DNA of 64,000 nucleotides from the human T2T-CHM13v2.0 reference genome, Homo sapiens. The notes beneath the pieces were generated by a model. It worked only from the letters and a program-made list of their open reading frames with translations, ran no database searches and had not been told where the DNA came from. Shown in pieces: positions 1-17,219 of this stretch. The position numbers were made by a program, and so were the translations under genes. Position 1 is the stretch's first letter. Each line of letters begins with the position of its first letter. The stretch is from assembly GCF_009914755.1 (NCBI RefSeq), contig NC_060946.1, one strand, 5' to 3'.

Positions 1-692
1 GTCCCTGCTGAGACACGAAAAATGGTAAGACAAAGCATTAAGGCAGATACTCAGAGAATGATCTTCTGTTTGGGAATAGGGAAAAGAACCGAATCCACTG
101 TCAACTGTCCCTGATCCCTGGGATTTTCTAAGGGTCTCAGTCAAACTCCTCAACAGGGTTTTTCCAAGTTTGGGAAATCTTACCAGGAAGTAAGAAAAGA
201 GGAGTGTCATTCTCATTACCTTGAATGACAAAGAGCAACAATTAACCGCCTGGGGTGTAGCCTAATGTATCCAATTAACTTTGATTTCAGTATTATATAA
301 CACACATGAAAATGGAACCATATACACACAAACACATATATAAACACTCCTATAAATATATGCCCACTTAGACATGTACACAATTATCAACTCCAAAACA
401 CAGAATAAAAGTCTGAGATGAAAAGCCATCAGTTCTAAAGCCATGATTATCCAAATATGAAATCATAAAATCTCTGTCTTTGGAGTGATTCTATATTGGA
501 AAAGGGGCTGCCGATTGAACTCCAGCTTCAGTTTGGCTCTGATGGGTAGGGGTAAAGAGGAATAGATCCTTACTGAGATATCAATTGCTGATGGGAGAGA
601 GAAGATGATTCAGGGTTGTGCTTGAAAAGAGCCAAGAAGTCAAATTGAGATTTTTTTATATGGGCTTAGGCTGTGAGTCCCAGCACAGGGCC

Positions 693-1012
<320 letters not shown>

Positions 1013-1577
1013 TAATGGAAGACCACTTGCAAGGCCCATTTTCTGTGCTTTCCAAACAGAAGTCATCCTGGGTCTCAATTTAATCTCTTGTTTTGACTCA
1101 TCCTGAGTCACTCACTGCTTGCTTCCCACTCCTAGTCCTTGAGAAAGCACCTGGTCTGCAATGGCTTCCTTCAGTGCAAAGTATACTCCAAAGTCATTGT
1201 GCCATGTGGAAAGAGTATGGGTTCTATGGGGCAAAGGCCTCTTTATACTGCAACTGTTATTAACATTGTGATTACCCTCATACATGCCTGATATGGGAGA
1301 ACTGCTTGTACTTCTTGAGCACAGGTAGCTGCTGGTGAGGGTCCTTGAGGGCCAGTTCCTTTAATACCTGAGTCAGGCATACATCAGGTTTTGGATTTCT
1401 ACAACCTCCAAGAATAACAGACTCTTCACACTGAAAAGGGTTAAGAGCATTCAACCAATCCCCTCATTCTGCAGTGAGGAAACTGAGACCCAAGGAGTAA
1501 GAGTGACTTGTCCACATTTATGCCCTGGTCTCTGAGTTCCTAATCCAATGCTCTGCCATCTCTAAAAACATTGTTCA

Positions 1578-1697
1578 TCACGCCTGTAATCCTAGCACTT
1601 TGGGAGGCCGAGCTGGGCAGATCACTTGAGCCCAGGAGTTCGAGACCAGCCTGGGCAACATAGTGAGACCTCATCTCTATTTTATCAAAAATAAAAC
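1578..1697 (+). mobile_element. Alu left monomer (FLAM-like)
   Basis: cacgcctgtaatcctagcactttgggaggcc...; TSD aaaacattgtt 1565-1575 / 1698-1708. Confidence 0.85.
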
Positions 1698-1739
1698 AAA
1701 ACATTGTTTAAAAAAAAAAACTCCTACAATTTCTTCTAA

Positions 1740-2662
<923 letters not shown>

Positions 2663-2697
2663 TTACCTACATATGGGCATTCAGGTTGTCTCCAGGT

Positions 2698-2980
2698 ATT
2701 TTGTTTTGTTTTGTTTTGTTTTGAGACAGAGTCTCCCTCTGTTGCCCAGGCTGGAGTGCAGTGGCATGAGTAAGGCTCACTGCAGCCTGGACCTCCTGGG
2801 CTCAAATGATCTTCCCACCTCTGCCTCCCCAGTAGCTGAGACTACAGGCACATGCCACCAGGCCCAGCTAATTTTTAAATTTTTGGTAGAGATGAGTCTA
2901 TGTTGCCCACGTCTATGTTGCCCAGGCTGGTCTCAAACTCCTCGGCTCAAGCAATCCTCTAACTTGGCCTCCCCAGGTGT
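2698..2980 (-). mobile_element. Alu (AluJ-like), with internal gtctatgttgccca duplication
   Basis: (TTTTG)n tail then reverse Alu. Confidence 0.88.
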
Positions 2981-3104
2981 TCTTTGAGAAGAATGACAAC
3001 TCTGTTGGTGAAAATACATGTGAACTAAATTGCAGTGAACTGAACTGAACCAAACTGAAACGTGGACAGTATCAGGTTGGCAAATATTTAAAATAATTCT
3101 TTAA

Positions 3105-4215
<1,111 letters not shown>

Positions 4216-4558
4216 TCCATCAAAATGAGTGTCATCTGGGACAGTCACCCCACAGGGCAGTTTGATGACATATATCAGTCTTAAAAATAATCAAGCCCTT
4301 TGATTAACATTCTGTATTAGGAATTTCTCATAAGAAAATAGATGAGTGTTAGAGGGACATTCATCTCAGCAATATCTACAATAATACCTCTAGCTGCCCT
4401 AAACGTCCCAAAATACAGAATTTATTAAGTAAATATAAATATATCAATATGCTAGAATAATTTGTGGTCATTTAAAAATATGTTGTAGATCTACAAAATT
4501 CAATGCACAGTGCAATCCAATTTTGCAAATATGTGATACTTATTATTAATGTATGTAA

Positions 4559-4884
<326 letters not shown>

Positions 4885-4977
4885 CTTTTATTTTATATAT
4901 TTTAAAGTCTGAAAGAACATATATTCCAAATGTTAACAGTGACAATTTCTAAAATATGGTTTTAAGAATAAGACTTT

Positions 4978-5095
4978 CAGCCAGGCATGGTGGCTCACAC
5001 CTGTAATCCTAGCACTTTGGGAGGCCCAAGGCAGGAGAATTGTTTGAGGCCAGTTGTTCAAGACCAGCCTGGAACATAGCAAGACCCCATAAAAT
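4978..5095 (+). mobile_element. Alu left monomer (FLAM-like)
   Basis: agccaggcatggtggctcacacctgtaatcc... Confidence 0.8.
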
Positions 5096-5502
5096 TTTTT
5101 AAAATAATAAAACTTTTTTATTTTTGGCTTATCTATATTGCCTCCTCGGGTTTTTTCCCAAATAAAATAATATATTTCAGGCATAATTAGAAAAAAACAA
5201 GTGAATTTGGGCAGAACTCATATCTAACCATTCTTTATAATGCTGGATGTCAAAGAGGCTATCTGTGAAACAAGAGGTGACTCTACTGGCAAGTTTTGCT
5301 TTGGTTTGTTTTTTTCTTTTTTTTCTTTCTTTTTTTTTCATTCAACAAGAGGGTAACTTGACATTTGGCTTACCAGTTCAAGGCTGCGATTTTTATAATG
5401 CATTATACAGAGATGTGCACCTCCATAGTACAGGTGTAGATGGGAGATGACAGTAGCAGGTGATTTTGTATTCTGAGTTTAACGCGTTTAGCAGTATCAT
5501 CT

Positions 5503-5690
5503 TCTTTTTTTTAGAGAGAGAGATGGGGTCTCACTCTGTCACACCCAGGTTGGAGTGCAGTGGCAGGATAGTAGCTCACTGCAGCCTCGAGCTCACCTGT
5601 AATCCCAGCTACTTGAGGGTTGCTCAAGTAATCCTCCCATCTCAGCCTCCTGAGTAGCTGGGATTACAGGTGTGTACACCGCTTCCAGCA
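5503..5690 (-). mobile_element. Partial Alu with an internal inverted segment
   Basis: Reverse Alu right arm containing plus-strand cacctgtaatcccagctact. Confidence 0.8.
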
Positions 5691-6785
5691 TTATCTTTGA
5701 AGAACCAAGAAAGGCTTTACAGAGGAAGCAACAGTAAAATGCCCATTTAATATATAAAGACTTTCTGACATGACAGAAAGAATGCATGGGCAAAGGCAGG
5801 GGAACCTGAATGGTCCAGTTTGGATGGATATTTACTATATATTCATACAACTCAATAAACAGTTATTGGACATCTAAGTGCCACACATGCTCCTCTAGGC
5901 ACTATAGGTACAGCAGTGAAGAAAACAGTCCCTATTCTGATTCTAATTGTGAAAGATAGGTTTTAAAAAGCAAGCAAATAAGAACATGATATGTCCAGCA
6001 ATACTAAGTGTTAGGAAGGAAAATAAAGCAGAATAAGGAGATAAAGAGGGCCAGGAAGAAGAAAGGTGACCAAGGAGGGTCTTTCCTGATGGTGTCAAAG
6101 GAAAGAAGAATTAATTGAGCCACATGGATTTCTGGCAGAAAGGCTTCCTTGATAAAAGGGCAAGTACAAAGGCCCCTGAGGGGGAAGCATGAAGGGAATG
6201 AGAATGAAGGTTGGAGAGACAGACCTAGGACTGTGTGATTAAAGTCCGTGGATGCCAATTAATCTAGCCATAGCAATTCTTCCAGGAATATAAAGGCCAG
6301 AACACTGGACTAGGAATCAAGATTTCTGGAATTAAGTCCTGAGTCTGCTAGTAACTTGCTTTGTGTCCTTGGATGAGTCACTTCAAGTCTCTGGGACTCA
6401 GTTTCCCCATGCATCAAGTGCCAGCAATCATCTTTACTTATCTATCTTCAGGTGAGGCTCAAAGGAAGGTGGAAGATGTGGAAGAGTTTAGAATGTGTGC
6501 CGTTCTCTTCAAGGGGGAAGGAGTATGACTGTTATGCCCATAGAAGGGCTGGGAGAACAAGGGGCCCTCACCGTGTGGAAGGAAGCACTCTAAAACGAAG
6601 GTATTAAACAAGGGAGTTGGCTATCCTAAAACTGGGAAAAAAAGAGGTATCTTGGGTACCCTGAAAATCACTTTGGAGCCCCCTCCCAAGGACAGGCAGT
6701 ATGAGAGGGACTGTCTTTAGAAACCTCCTTCCAAAAAAATGCCTACATGACCTGAAGGTGGCTTGAAGCGCTCTCAATTTGCCAC

Positions 6786-6787
<2 letters not shown>

Positions 6788-6819
<32 letters not shown>
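6788..6819. repeat. (TG)16 microsatellite
   Basis: Direct reading. Confidence 0.95.
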
Positions 6820-6828
<9 letters not shown>

Positions 6829-7029
6829 GTGGGTGTTAAGGGACAGTCAGAGCCAGGACAAGTCCAAAGTTGTGAGGGAAGGAAACAAAGTATACAGGAC
6901 AGTGGAGCAGGTCCAGGTAAGAGGGTGAAGTTCCGGACTTTGCACCAAACCTTCTCTCCTTTAGACCAAAGCAGTGGTTCTCTGAGAGACCATTGTTAGA
7001 AGAAGAATAAAAGAGCTATCATTAATCAA

Positions 7030-7220
7030 TTCCTTGCTAGCATTTATACAGCATTGCAGGAAGTGCTTTGCACACATTATCTCCTTTAATCCTCACAATA
7101 CCCCTATGACATAGGTGCTGTCATCCTCAGTTTGTTGATAAGGAAACTGAGATTTAGAGAGATTAAGTAACTCGCCCAATATCGCACAGCTAATGAAGGA
7201 CATAACTAGATTTTGAACCC
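7030..7220 (-). mobile_element. MIR
   Basis: ttaatcctcacaataccccta...gaaactgag...aagtaactcgccc, reverse MIR core. Confidence 0.75.
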
Positions 7221-7253
7221 ATTGCTCATAAATGCACATTAAAAATATGTGTT

Positions 7254-7546
7254 GGCCAGGTGTGGTGGCTCATGCCTATAATCCCAGCACTTTGGGAGGC
7301 TGAGGTGGGTGGATCACTTGAGGTTAGGAGGTTGAGGCAGCAGTGAGTGGTGTTCACACTCTAGCCTGGGCTACAAAGTGAGACATGTGTGTGTGTGTGT
7401 GTGTGTGTATGTATATGTGTATATTTTTTACATATATACATATATATTTACATATGTGTATATATTTACATATATTTTTTGAGACAGGGTGTCACTCTGT
7501 ACATATACATATACACATACATATACACACATATGTGTATATATAT
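7254..7546 (+). repeat. Truncated Alu monomer followed by compound (TG)/(TA)/(CA) microsatellite with an embedded short reverse Alu end
   Basis: ggccaggtgtggtggctcatgcc...; ttttgagacagggtgtcactctgt at about 7476-7500. Confidence 0.8.
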
Positions 7547-9129
7547 GCCCAGAGAGGGTGTCCTTGGGGAAAGAAAGAATAAAGAAACATCTGAGAAAGA
7601 ACTCAAAACTCTGGCTTCCAGTCCTTGTTTCACCTGACTCACTGTGTCACCCTAACAAGTCCCCTCCCCTCTCTGCTTCTCAGCAACCTGCCTCCACCAT
7701 CTTCCTAATTCCTCAGCCCATTGGCCTTTAAGCTTCTGGGGTTCCTGCATCATGCTACTGGGGCCTCTCACCACATCTCCAGCTGTGTCAGACTCAGGTT
7801 CTGGATGGAACCTGAAGCGTTGACAGCCTGTGGGTGGAGGAACTGAGAGGAGACTCCGGGGAGTTCTCTAGATTTCTGACACTTTAGATCTTTCTCTGTG
7901 ATCCTTTGCAAGTCCCATAACTTGAGCCTTATCGACTAGTGAGTTGGTACTTTGAGAAGTCGAGAAGCCGCACACTCCCCTCTCTGGAGATACACAATTT
8001 AGGCAATAACCTAAGTCATGCCAACACACCTCTGCTGCAAAAAACGCTTAAGGGAGCAGAGTAGCTAACACGGTTATTGCAGTTTCCTGACTATCCATGT
8101 GTAACACTATACACGGATACTCAGCTACCTCACAGAGGAGCTCAGAATCAGCTCACCACCCCAAGGAAGCCAGCTGGTCTGCACCTCCAAAATCTGCTTG
8201 CCTCAGTCACAACTCGCTCAGCATCTTTTGAAGACCAGGAAATTAGAGAGTACTTTGAACATAATCCCTGGAAAAGCCGCTAAACATGGCATAACTCATC
8301 CCCTACCTTTCACAAGTGGGACAGGGAGGCCCAGGGAGGCCATGTGACTCAGCTGGAATCAGAACTCAGGCCTTCTGACCCCATGCTGTTTCTTTGACTC
8401 TTGCACGCATTTCATCCCTTAGCCAGTTTCTGGACCCCATGGAGTATTCCTTTAGAATGCTTCTTCTAGGCCAGGCCACATCATCCCTCCCTGGATTACT
8501 GCAACAGTCTCTTCTGGTCTCCCTCCTCCAAGTCTCTCCTTCCTTCACTCCATCCGGCATAATGAGCCATGTCACTCTCTGACCCAAAATTGTCAGGGGC
8601 TCCCCACATCTACTGAAGAAAACCCAAAGGCCCCAGCCTGATATTCAAGGTCCTCCACTACCTGGTGCCAACCTGTTTCTGGCTTCCCATCCCCCCACCT
8701 CCTCTCCTCACACATCCTTAGTCCAGCTCAGCTGGACTGGTTGCCCCAGGATCTCCCTTCTCCTGAATTTCATCAGTGCTGTTTCTTCCAATGAGTTTGC
8801 GGGACTACCTTGCCCACTGCCCCATCTGCCACCTTTTCCTGTCCGAATCCTACTTGGCTTGGTTCAAATGCCCTCTCACCCGTTAAACTTCCTCACACTC
8901 CACTCCCAATGGAAGAAATTGCTCCCTTCTCTGGAACCTCAAAGCACTATTCTGAACCTATTATGGGTGGATCTATATTAGGCCTTAGTATTTATGTACC
9001 TGTTTCCTCACCTAGCAGGATGCATTAGCAAAATACATAAACAACTGGTCCAAATGCTTCCCATAAGCCCAGTATGGTGCCTTTTGCTCACTGATTCATT
9101 CTTTCTTTCAGCAACAATTTCTTGAACAG

Positions 9130-9430
9130 AGGCTGGATGTGTTGCCTCACACCTGTAATCTCAGAGTTTTGGGAGGCCACGGCAGCAGAATTGCCTGAGG
9201 ACAGGAGTTTAAGACCAGTCTGAGCAAGATAGCAAGACCCCATCTCTCCAAAAACTTTTAAAAATTAGCCAGACATGGTGGTGCACACTTGCAGTCTCAG
9301 CTACTTGGGAGGCTGAGGCAGGAGGATCACTTGAGCCCAGTAATTCAAGACTACAGTGAGCTATGCTCATGCCGCTGCACTTTGGCCTGGGCAACAGAAC
9401 AAGACCCTGTCTCTAAAAAATAAAAATAAT
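9130..9430 (+). mobile_element. Alu (AluJ-like), followed by a MIR at about 9445-9630
   Basis: Alu dimer; MIR core ttagttttctcctctgtaaaacagggg. Confidence 0.85.
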
Positions 9431-12400
9431 AATTATTGAAGAAAGTTTTGGAGTCTGATAGACCTAAGTATGAGTCTAAGCTCTATCACTTGTTAGTAGT
9501 GTAACTTTGAACAAATTAACCATTCTAAGACTTAGTTTTCTCCTCTGTAAAACAGGGGTCACAATATCTATTTCACAAATTTATTGTAATGACTAATGAT
9601 ATAACATATGCATTGTGCTAAGCATATACCATGTTATCTCATTAGTATGTAATAGTATGAATAGTATTAACTACTAATATTGGCTTATTAATTGGATAAT
9701 ATAATTATCTCATTAGCATGTAATAGTATTAATAGTATTAACTATTACATGTGGGCTTATTAACTGGATAACATAACAATCCAATTAATAAGCCAATATT
9801 ACTAATAAATAATCATGCTCCTACTATGTGCCTGGAATTTTGAAGGGGCAAACTGGAAGAGCCAAACAGAAGGCACAACATAAGGAGCACAGAGGCAAGT
9901 TGCAGCACCATTGTACCCTGAAAACAGCTGGTGCTTGATAAGTTATTTGCCAAATGAGAGGGAACCTGTGGTGGGAAGCAGAGCCCCGGGATTCTCTGCC
10001 ACTGTCATGACCTGTGACCTTGAGTAAGCCTCACCTCTTTCCTGGGCTCAGTGTCCTCAGATGATCCACTCATCTGCCCCAGTTCCATAATTCCAAGATA
10101 TGGGAAGTAACACTGGGCCTTTGGATGATGTTCCTTCATTCCTCCAACTCAGGCAGGAGCATGTTTTTACCTGCTCAATTCAGGAGTTTGGCCTACAGAG
10201 GCTGGTACCACCCTCTGAAGAGGTCACACCTGTCTCTGAAGCAAGAAACACTAATCACTGTACAAGGTCTTGCCCTTTCATCCAGGCTGGAGTACAGTGA
10301 TGCCATCATAACTCACTGCAGTTTCTAACTCCTGGGCTCAAGTGATCCTTCTGTCTCAGCCCCCTGAGTGCTGGGATTACAAGTGTGAGCCACTGTGCCT
10401 GGCCTGGTTTTTGTGTTCCTGGAATCCCAGCCTCACTGGCAGGTTGACTGAAGGGTGGTCAGCTGGCAGTGTGGGGGATGAGGCTCACAGGTGAGTGCCG
10501 TGGTGAGGTCCTCAGCAGTGCCTGCAGGCCTGTGGGCCACCTCCTCTCGGGAGCTGCTTCTCTGCCTCATCTTACATTGCAGAGGGAGCTGAGGTCTGTG
10601 GGGTAACAGTCACACTGAGACATGGCTCACAGAGAGACGACTTCTGCAGGTGCTGAGTGACATCTAACCTTCCCACTCCACCTGCTCTCATCCTGGGCTC
10701 TGAGTTTTCAGAAAACCAAGGTGTTTGGCAGACGATGATGCCTACATTACACTGCTGACTTTTGCCTGCATTTGTTATAATTAATGACTCATTGAAATGC
10801 CTCTCACTTTCGTACAGCTGGGTCCAAGTGTCAAACTGGAGGTGAAGTGGGAGAAGGACTAGAGGGATGCTGGCTTTGGAGTAGCCTCAGAATTGGGACT
10901 AAGGCTTCACTTCTCCTTGCTGTATTCCCTCCTCTTCCTCCTCTCTGCACTAGTGGTACAGGCTTTGGTACAGGGAGTTGAGCGCCAGCTTGGCCTTTTA
11001 CCAGCCGAGGGATTTCGGTCAAGTAACTTAACCCTTTTGAGTCTCAGTGCTTTTGTCGGTAAAATGGGGATAGCAATAGGGTCATTGTGAAGATTGAAGC
11101 TGTACCCCTTGTCACAAGACATAGTTCATATATTCTTCTTTGTGTCTGTCTCCTGCTCTGTGAGGTCAGGGCCCCACCTCAAGACTCCATCTTTGAGTCT
11201 AGATAAGGTGTCAATAATAAGAAAGATAAAAGTGAATCATTTTATTGAGCATTAAATATGTGCTTGTCAGTGTGCTGAAACATTTTCCATATGCTCTCTC
11301 ATTTATCTTAGATGTTATCATCTCCATTTTGCAAATGAGGTCCTCAGAAGTTAGACAATGTATTGTGAGGTTACCTAGATAATGAGAGGGTGAGCCAGAA
11401 TTGCAGCCAAGTGTGCCCAACTGTGAGGCCCCTGCTGAGTCTACTGGGTGATAAGTGTCCAGGAAGAAGCTTGCTGCTCTACCAGCAATGGTTGTGTTCC
11501 CACTTTGTGCTTTTAGAAATGGTGGTGAGTAATAGAAAATGTCATCCCTGGGCCTGGCAGATATAGCAGGGGATGAAACTTAGGATGAAGTAAGGTTGAC
11601 ATGCAACTATCCAGGGCTTATTGTCCCCAGTGAAACAGACAATAGATGGAGGCCCAGAGAGCTTCAGGAGCCTGGTTAGAGTCAGAATTGGCACCAGGAT
11701 CCTTCTTAAGAGACCTGCTGGTCAAATTCTGCCAAATTTGACAGGTGCGGAGACAGTTTCAGAGAGGGAAATGACTTGCCTAAGGCCAGAGGAACCGGCT
11801 CTTGAACACAGGCCTCCGACTTCCACCCAACACATTCTTCCTGTTGCCCCAGATTGAGGACAGTGTTGAGGCAGTTCCCTGTGAAGGGCTCTGGGGAAGG
11901 TAGGCTGGGTGGGTGTCTTGCAGCTTCTTACCCCATGGCTCCTCTCTGAAGCCAGTCTGGGATTTGAGGTCTAGAGGATGAGGCAGTTCCAGTAACCTGG
12001 GCTCTGGTTCCAATCCAAAGCTGACATGCATGGCAGGCACTAAGCCAGCCTCTATTATATCAAATTTGATCTCCACTGTAGAGGTGATACTCAGAGGACA
12101 TAAAGGATTTGCCTAAGGTCACTCAGCATGTCAGGGGTTGAGCTGGGGCTCAGATCCACCAGAGGTCAACCTCTTATTGACTTCAGCTTTAGAGGAAGGG
12201 TCAGGAGCGCTTTGTCTCTTTCAGCTTTCCATCTTCCCTCTTCACTGCCCCCATGCCTAGACATCAGTTCCCCAGGGTAGCCTGAGGCCAGCTCAATAGT
12301 TTCATTTTCTGGCCCCTCTCTTTACCTGGTAACTTTTCAGCTGTTACCCCTGGGCCTGGATTCACCCCCTCCAGCAGCTCCTTCCCCCACTTCAAAGCAT

Positions 12401-12449
12401 CTCCAATTCTGCTTTCTCCAGCAAATCCTTCCCCATTCAGATGTCTGAT

Positions 12450-13504
<1,055 letters not shown>

Positions 13505-13702
13505 TAGCTGTGTACTACCTAACAACGTTTCTGTCAATGATGGACCATACATGCAACAGTGATCTCATAAGATTATAATGGAGCTGAAAAATTCCTGACA
13601 TTGTAGCTGTTGTAGTATGGCAGCACGACACATTTCTCACATGTTTGCAGTGATGATGGTGGTGTAAACAAACCTATTGTACTGCCAGACGTATAAAAGT
13701 AT

Positions 13703-14160
13703 TAGAAAAATGTGGAACCAGCCCAAATGCCCATCAACCAACGAGTGTATAAAGAAATTGTGGTATATATATATATATATGATGGAATACTACTCAGCCA
13801 TAAAAAGGAAGAAATTAATGGCATTCACAGCAACCTGGATGGAATTGGAGACTATTATTCTAAGTGAAGTAACTCAGGAATGGAAAACCAAACATTGTAT
13901 GTTCTCACTCATAAGTGGGAGCTAAGCTATGAGAATGCAAAGGCATAAGAAAGATACAATGGACTTTGGGGACACAGGGGAAAGACGGGGAGAGGGGTGA
14001 GCAATAAAATACTACAAATTGGGTTCAGTGTATACAGCTCGGGTGATGGGTGTACCAAAATCTCACAAATCACCAATAAAAAACATACTCGTGTAACCAA
14101 ATACCACCTATTCTTCAAAAAACCATGGAAATAAAAAATAAAAAAGTGCATTTGCACTTT
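13703..14160 (+). mobile_element. L1PB-like 3' end inserted in Tigger3b
   Basis: L1 ORF2 C-terminus WNQPKCPSTNECIKKLW...MFSLISGS plus 3'UTR; flanking aaaagtat repeats. Confidence 0.82.
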
Positions 14161-14877
14161 AAAAAAGTATAACATATACAATTATCTATAGTATATAACA
14201 CTTGATAATGATAACCAATGACTATGTTACTGGTTTATGTATTTACTATGCTTTTTCATTGTTTTATAGTATACTCCACTTATAAAAAAACAGTTAACTG
14301 TAAAACAGCCTCAGGTAGGTCTTTCAGAAGGTATTTCAGAAGAAGGCATTGTTACCGCAGGAGATGACAGCTCCTTGTGTGTTATTGCCCCTGAAGACCT
14401 TTCAGTGGGGCAAGATGTGGATCAGGAGATAATTGAATTGATAATTGACCTTGTGTAGACCAAGGATAATGTGTGTGTTTGTGTCTTCATTTTTAAGAAA
14501 AAGTTGCAAATGTAAAAAAAACATTTTAATAGAAAAAATCTTATAGAATAAGGATATAAAGAAAAAATATTTTTGTACAGTGGTACAATGTGTTTGTGTT
14601 TTAAGCTAACTTATTACAGAAGAATCAAAAAGTAAAACAAAAGATTTGTACAGTTAAAAAGTTATAGCAAATTAAGTTTATTATTCAAGAAGGAAAAGTA
14701 TTTTAAAAATAAATTTAGTGAACCTAGGTGTCCAGTATTTTTAAAGTCTGCAGTAGTGCACAGTAATGTCTTAGACCACATTCACTCACCATTCGCTTAC
14801 TGACTCACCCAGAGTAGCTTCCAGTCCTACAAGCTCCATTCATGGTCAGTGCCCTATACAAGTGTACCATTTTTATC

Positions 14878-15270
14878 TTTGTTTTTTTTTGATACAGGGT
14901 CTTGCTCTGTTGCCCAGGCTGAAGTGCAGTGGTGTGATCATGGCTCATGGCAGCCACCACCTCCCAGGCTCCCTCCCTCCCTCCCTTCACATCATCATGC
15001 CTAGCTAGTTTTCCTTCCTTCCTTCCTTCTTTCCTTCCTTCCCTCCTTTTCTTTTTCTTTCTTTCTCTTTCTCTTTCTTTCTTCTTTCTTTCCTTTCTTT
15101 CTTTCTCTCTCTCTCTTTCTCTCTCTCTCTTTCTTTCTTTCTTTTTCTTTCTCAGAGATGGGGTTTCACCATGTTGCCCAGGCTAGTCTTAAACTCCTGG
15201 GCTCAAACAAGCCTCCCACCTTGGCCTCCCAAACTGTTGGGATTGCAGGCATGAGCCACTGCTCCTGGCT
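14878..15270 (-). mobile_element. AluJ-like with the middle linker expanded into a CT-rich microsatellite (about 15009-15152)
   Basis: Both reverse Alu arms flank (TTCC/TTTC/CT)n. Confidence 0.85.
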
Positions 15271-15599
15271 CCATTTATTTTCTTTTATACTGTATTTTTA
15301 CTGTAACTTTTCTGGGTTTACATACACAAATCATTACCATTGTGTTACAGTTGCCTACAGTATTCACTACAGTAACCTGCTGTACAGGTTTGTAGCCCAG
15401 GAGCAACAGGCTATACCATACAGCCTAGGTGTGTAGGCTATCCCATCTAGTTTGTGTAAAGACACTCTGTGATGTTCCCACAAGGGTGAAACTTCCTATG
15501 ACGCATTTCTCAGAACATATCCTGTTGTTAAGTGACACGTGACTGTATGCTAATCGATAGCCTGCTTCTCTGGGCTTTCCACAACTGAACTCCCAATGA

Positions 15600-16115
<516 letters not shown>

Positions 16116-17219
16116 GGGAAAGAAGAAAAAATTATAGCAGCTCTCTTCATCCCTCATCTTTGCTGGTGTCTCATTGTCAATGAGGCCCCTTCACACCCAT
16201 CATTTGAGAGAGTCATTGCTGTCAATGCTGTATTACAGATGTTCAAAGAGAGGGTTGCAAATGCCAAGTGAGCTGTCAATGGTCTACTGCTTGTTGGTAG
16301 CTGAGCTGAGAATCAAACTAGCCAAGTAGGTTCTCTCTTCAGCCCCTTACTTCCCAAAACTCACAGACTCTGCACTTAGGCTGTTGATTTCTTTGTGTGG
16401 CAAGAGTTCAGGAGCTGGCCATTCCACTGTGGGGTCCTTTGCCAAGAAGCACAGTTTAGCCAGTGAGAGGTGGACATTGTACCATTGGGTCTCCTGGGGA
16501 GAAGCTCCCAGGCTGGTAGGAGAGGTGGAACCCCCAAGGGTCCTGGACAGATGAGTGTGGAAGGAGGAAGAGGAGACAGGACAGTTCCCACATAGTGATG
16601 AGTCCTTACCCTGCATAATGCTGGGTTCTCCCTGCCATCTGTAGACACTAGTGACCTCAGAGTCATTTGAATATTTGTTCTTTTTCTGACAGTCAGGTAT
16701 GGCTGTGGCTCTGTGGGCATCTATTTTTAAATGTGGAATCCTTGTCTGACCACTGATTGTAAACCTATGTATACTTGGATAGGGAGGGGGCTGCTTCCTG
16801 CTCTCAGCTCTGTCTTTCCTTATCAGCCTCATCTTTCCTGCGGCCTGAGTGTCTGGCTGGCTTTTTTCTTTCTCGGGTGTTCTGCTAACAAGGGCCCCTT
16901 TAGTGACCAGATCCTGGTTTTGATTGGCACCAATGACGGCAAGAGAGAGTCCAACAGGATCCTACCAGTGAGCAGTGACCCAGCAGCTCAGGCCAGCTGC
17001 ATGGGAGCAGGTGGGCATCACACTGTGTTCTCCTAGAAGCATCCATTCAGGGGAAATTGGGTTTGAAGTGTCCCTTTAGAAGAGACCAATGAGGAAGAGA
17101 GATGGCAAAAGGGCCTCAGGCAGCCTGGGGAATGACTGTGGTAGGGAGTTTCTTACAGGTGACATGCTTTTTATATATGTTTATTTGTAGCCCCAGCTAG
17201 TCCCTCCCTAAATATTGTA

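Larger units (their letters stand above)
13505..15545 (+). mobile_element. Tigger3b (MER7-type) TcMar DNA transposon relic with nested L1 and Alu
   Basis: Ends resemble the recalled Tigger3 TIRs (tagctgtgtactacctaacaacgtt... / ...gttaagtgacacgtgactg) flanked by TA; internal gaagaaggcattgtt...gagatgacagctcc. Confidence 0.82.

Noticed and set aside
9634-9776. Repeat array possibly CRISPR-like
   Set aside because: Only two adjacent units with no spacers, in eukaryotic DNA without cas genes
13677-13925. ORF resembling a retroelement protein
   Set aside because: It is the C-terminal tip of L1 ORF2 in a short truncated L1, not a gene
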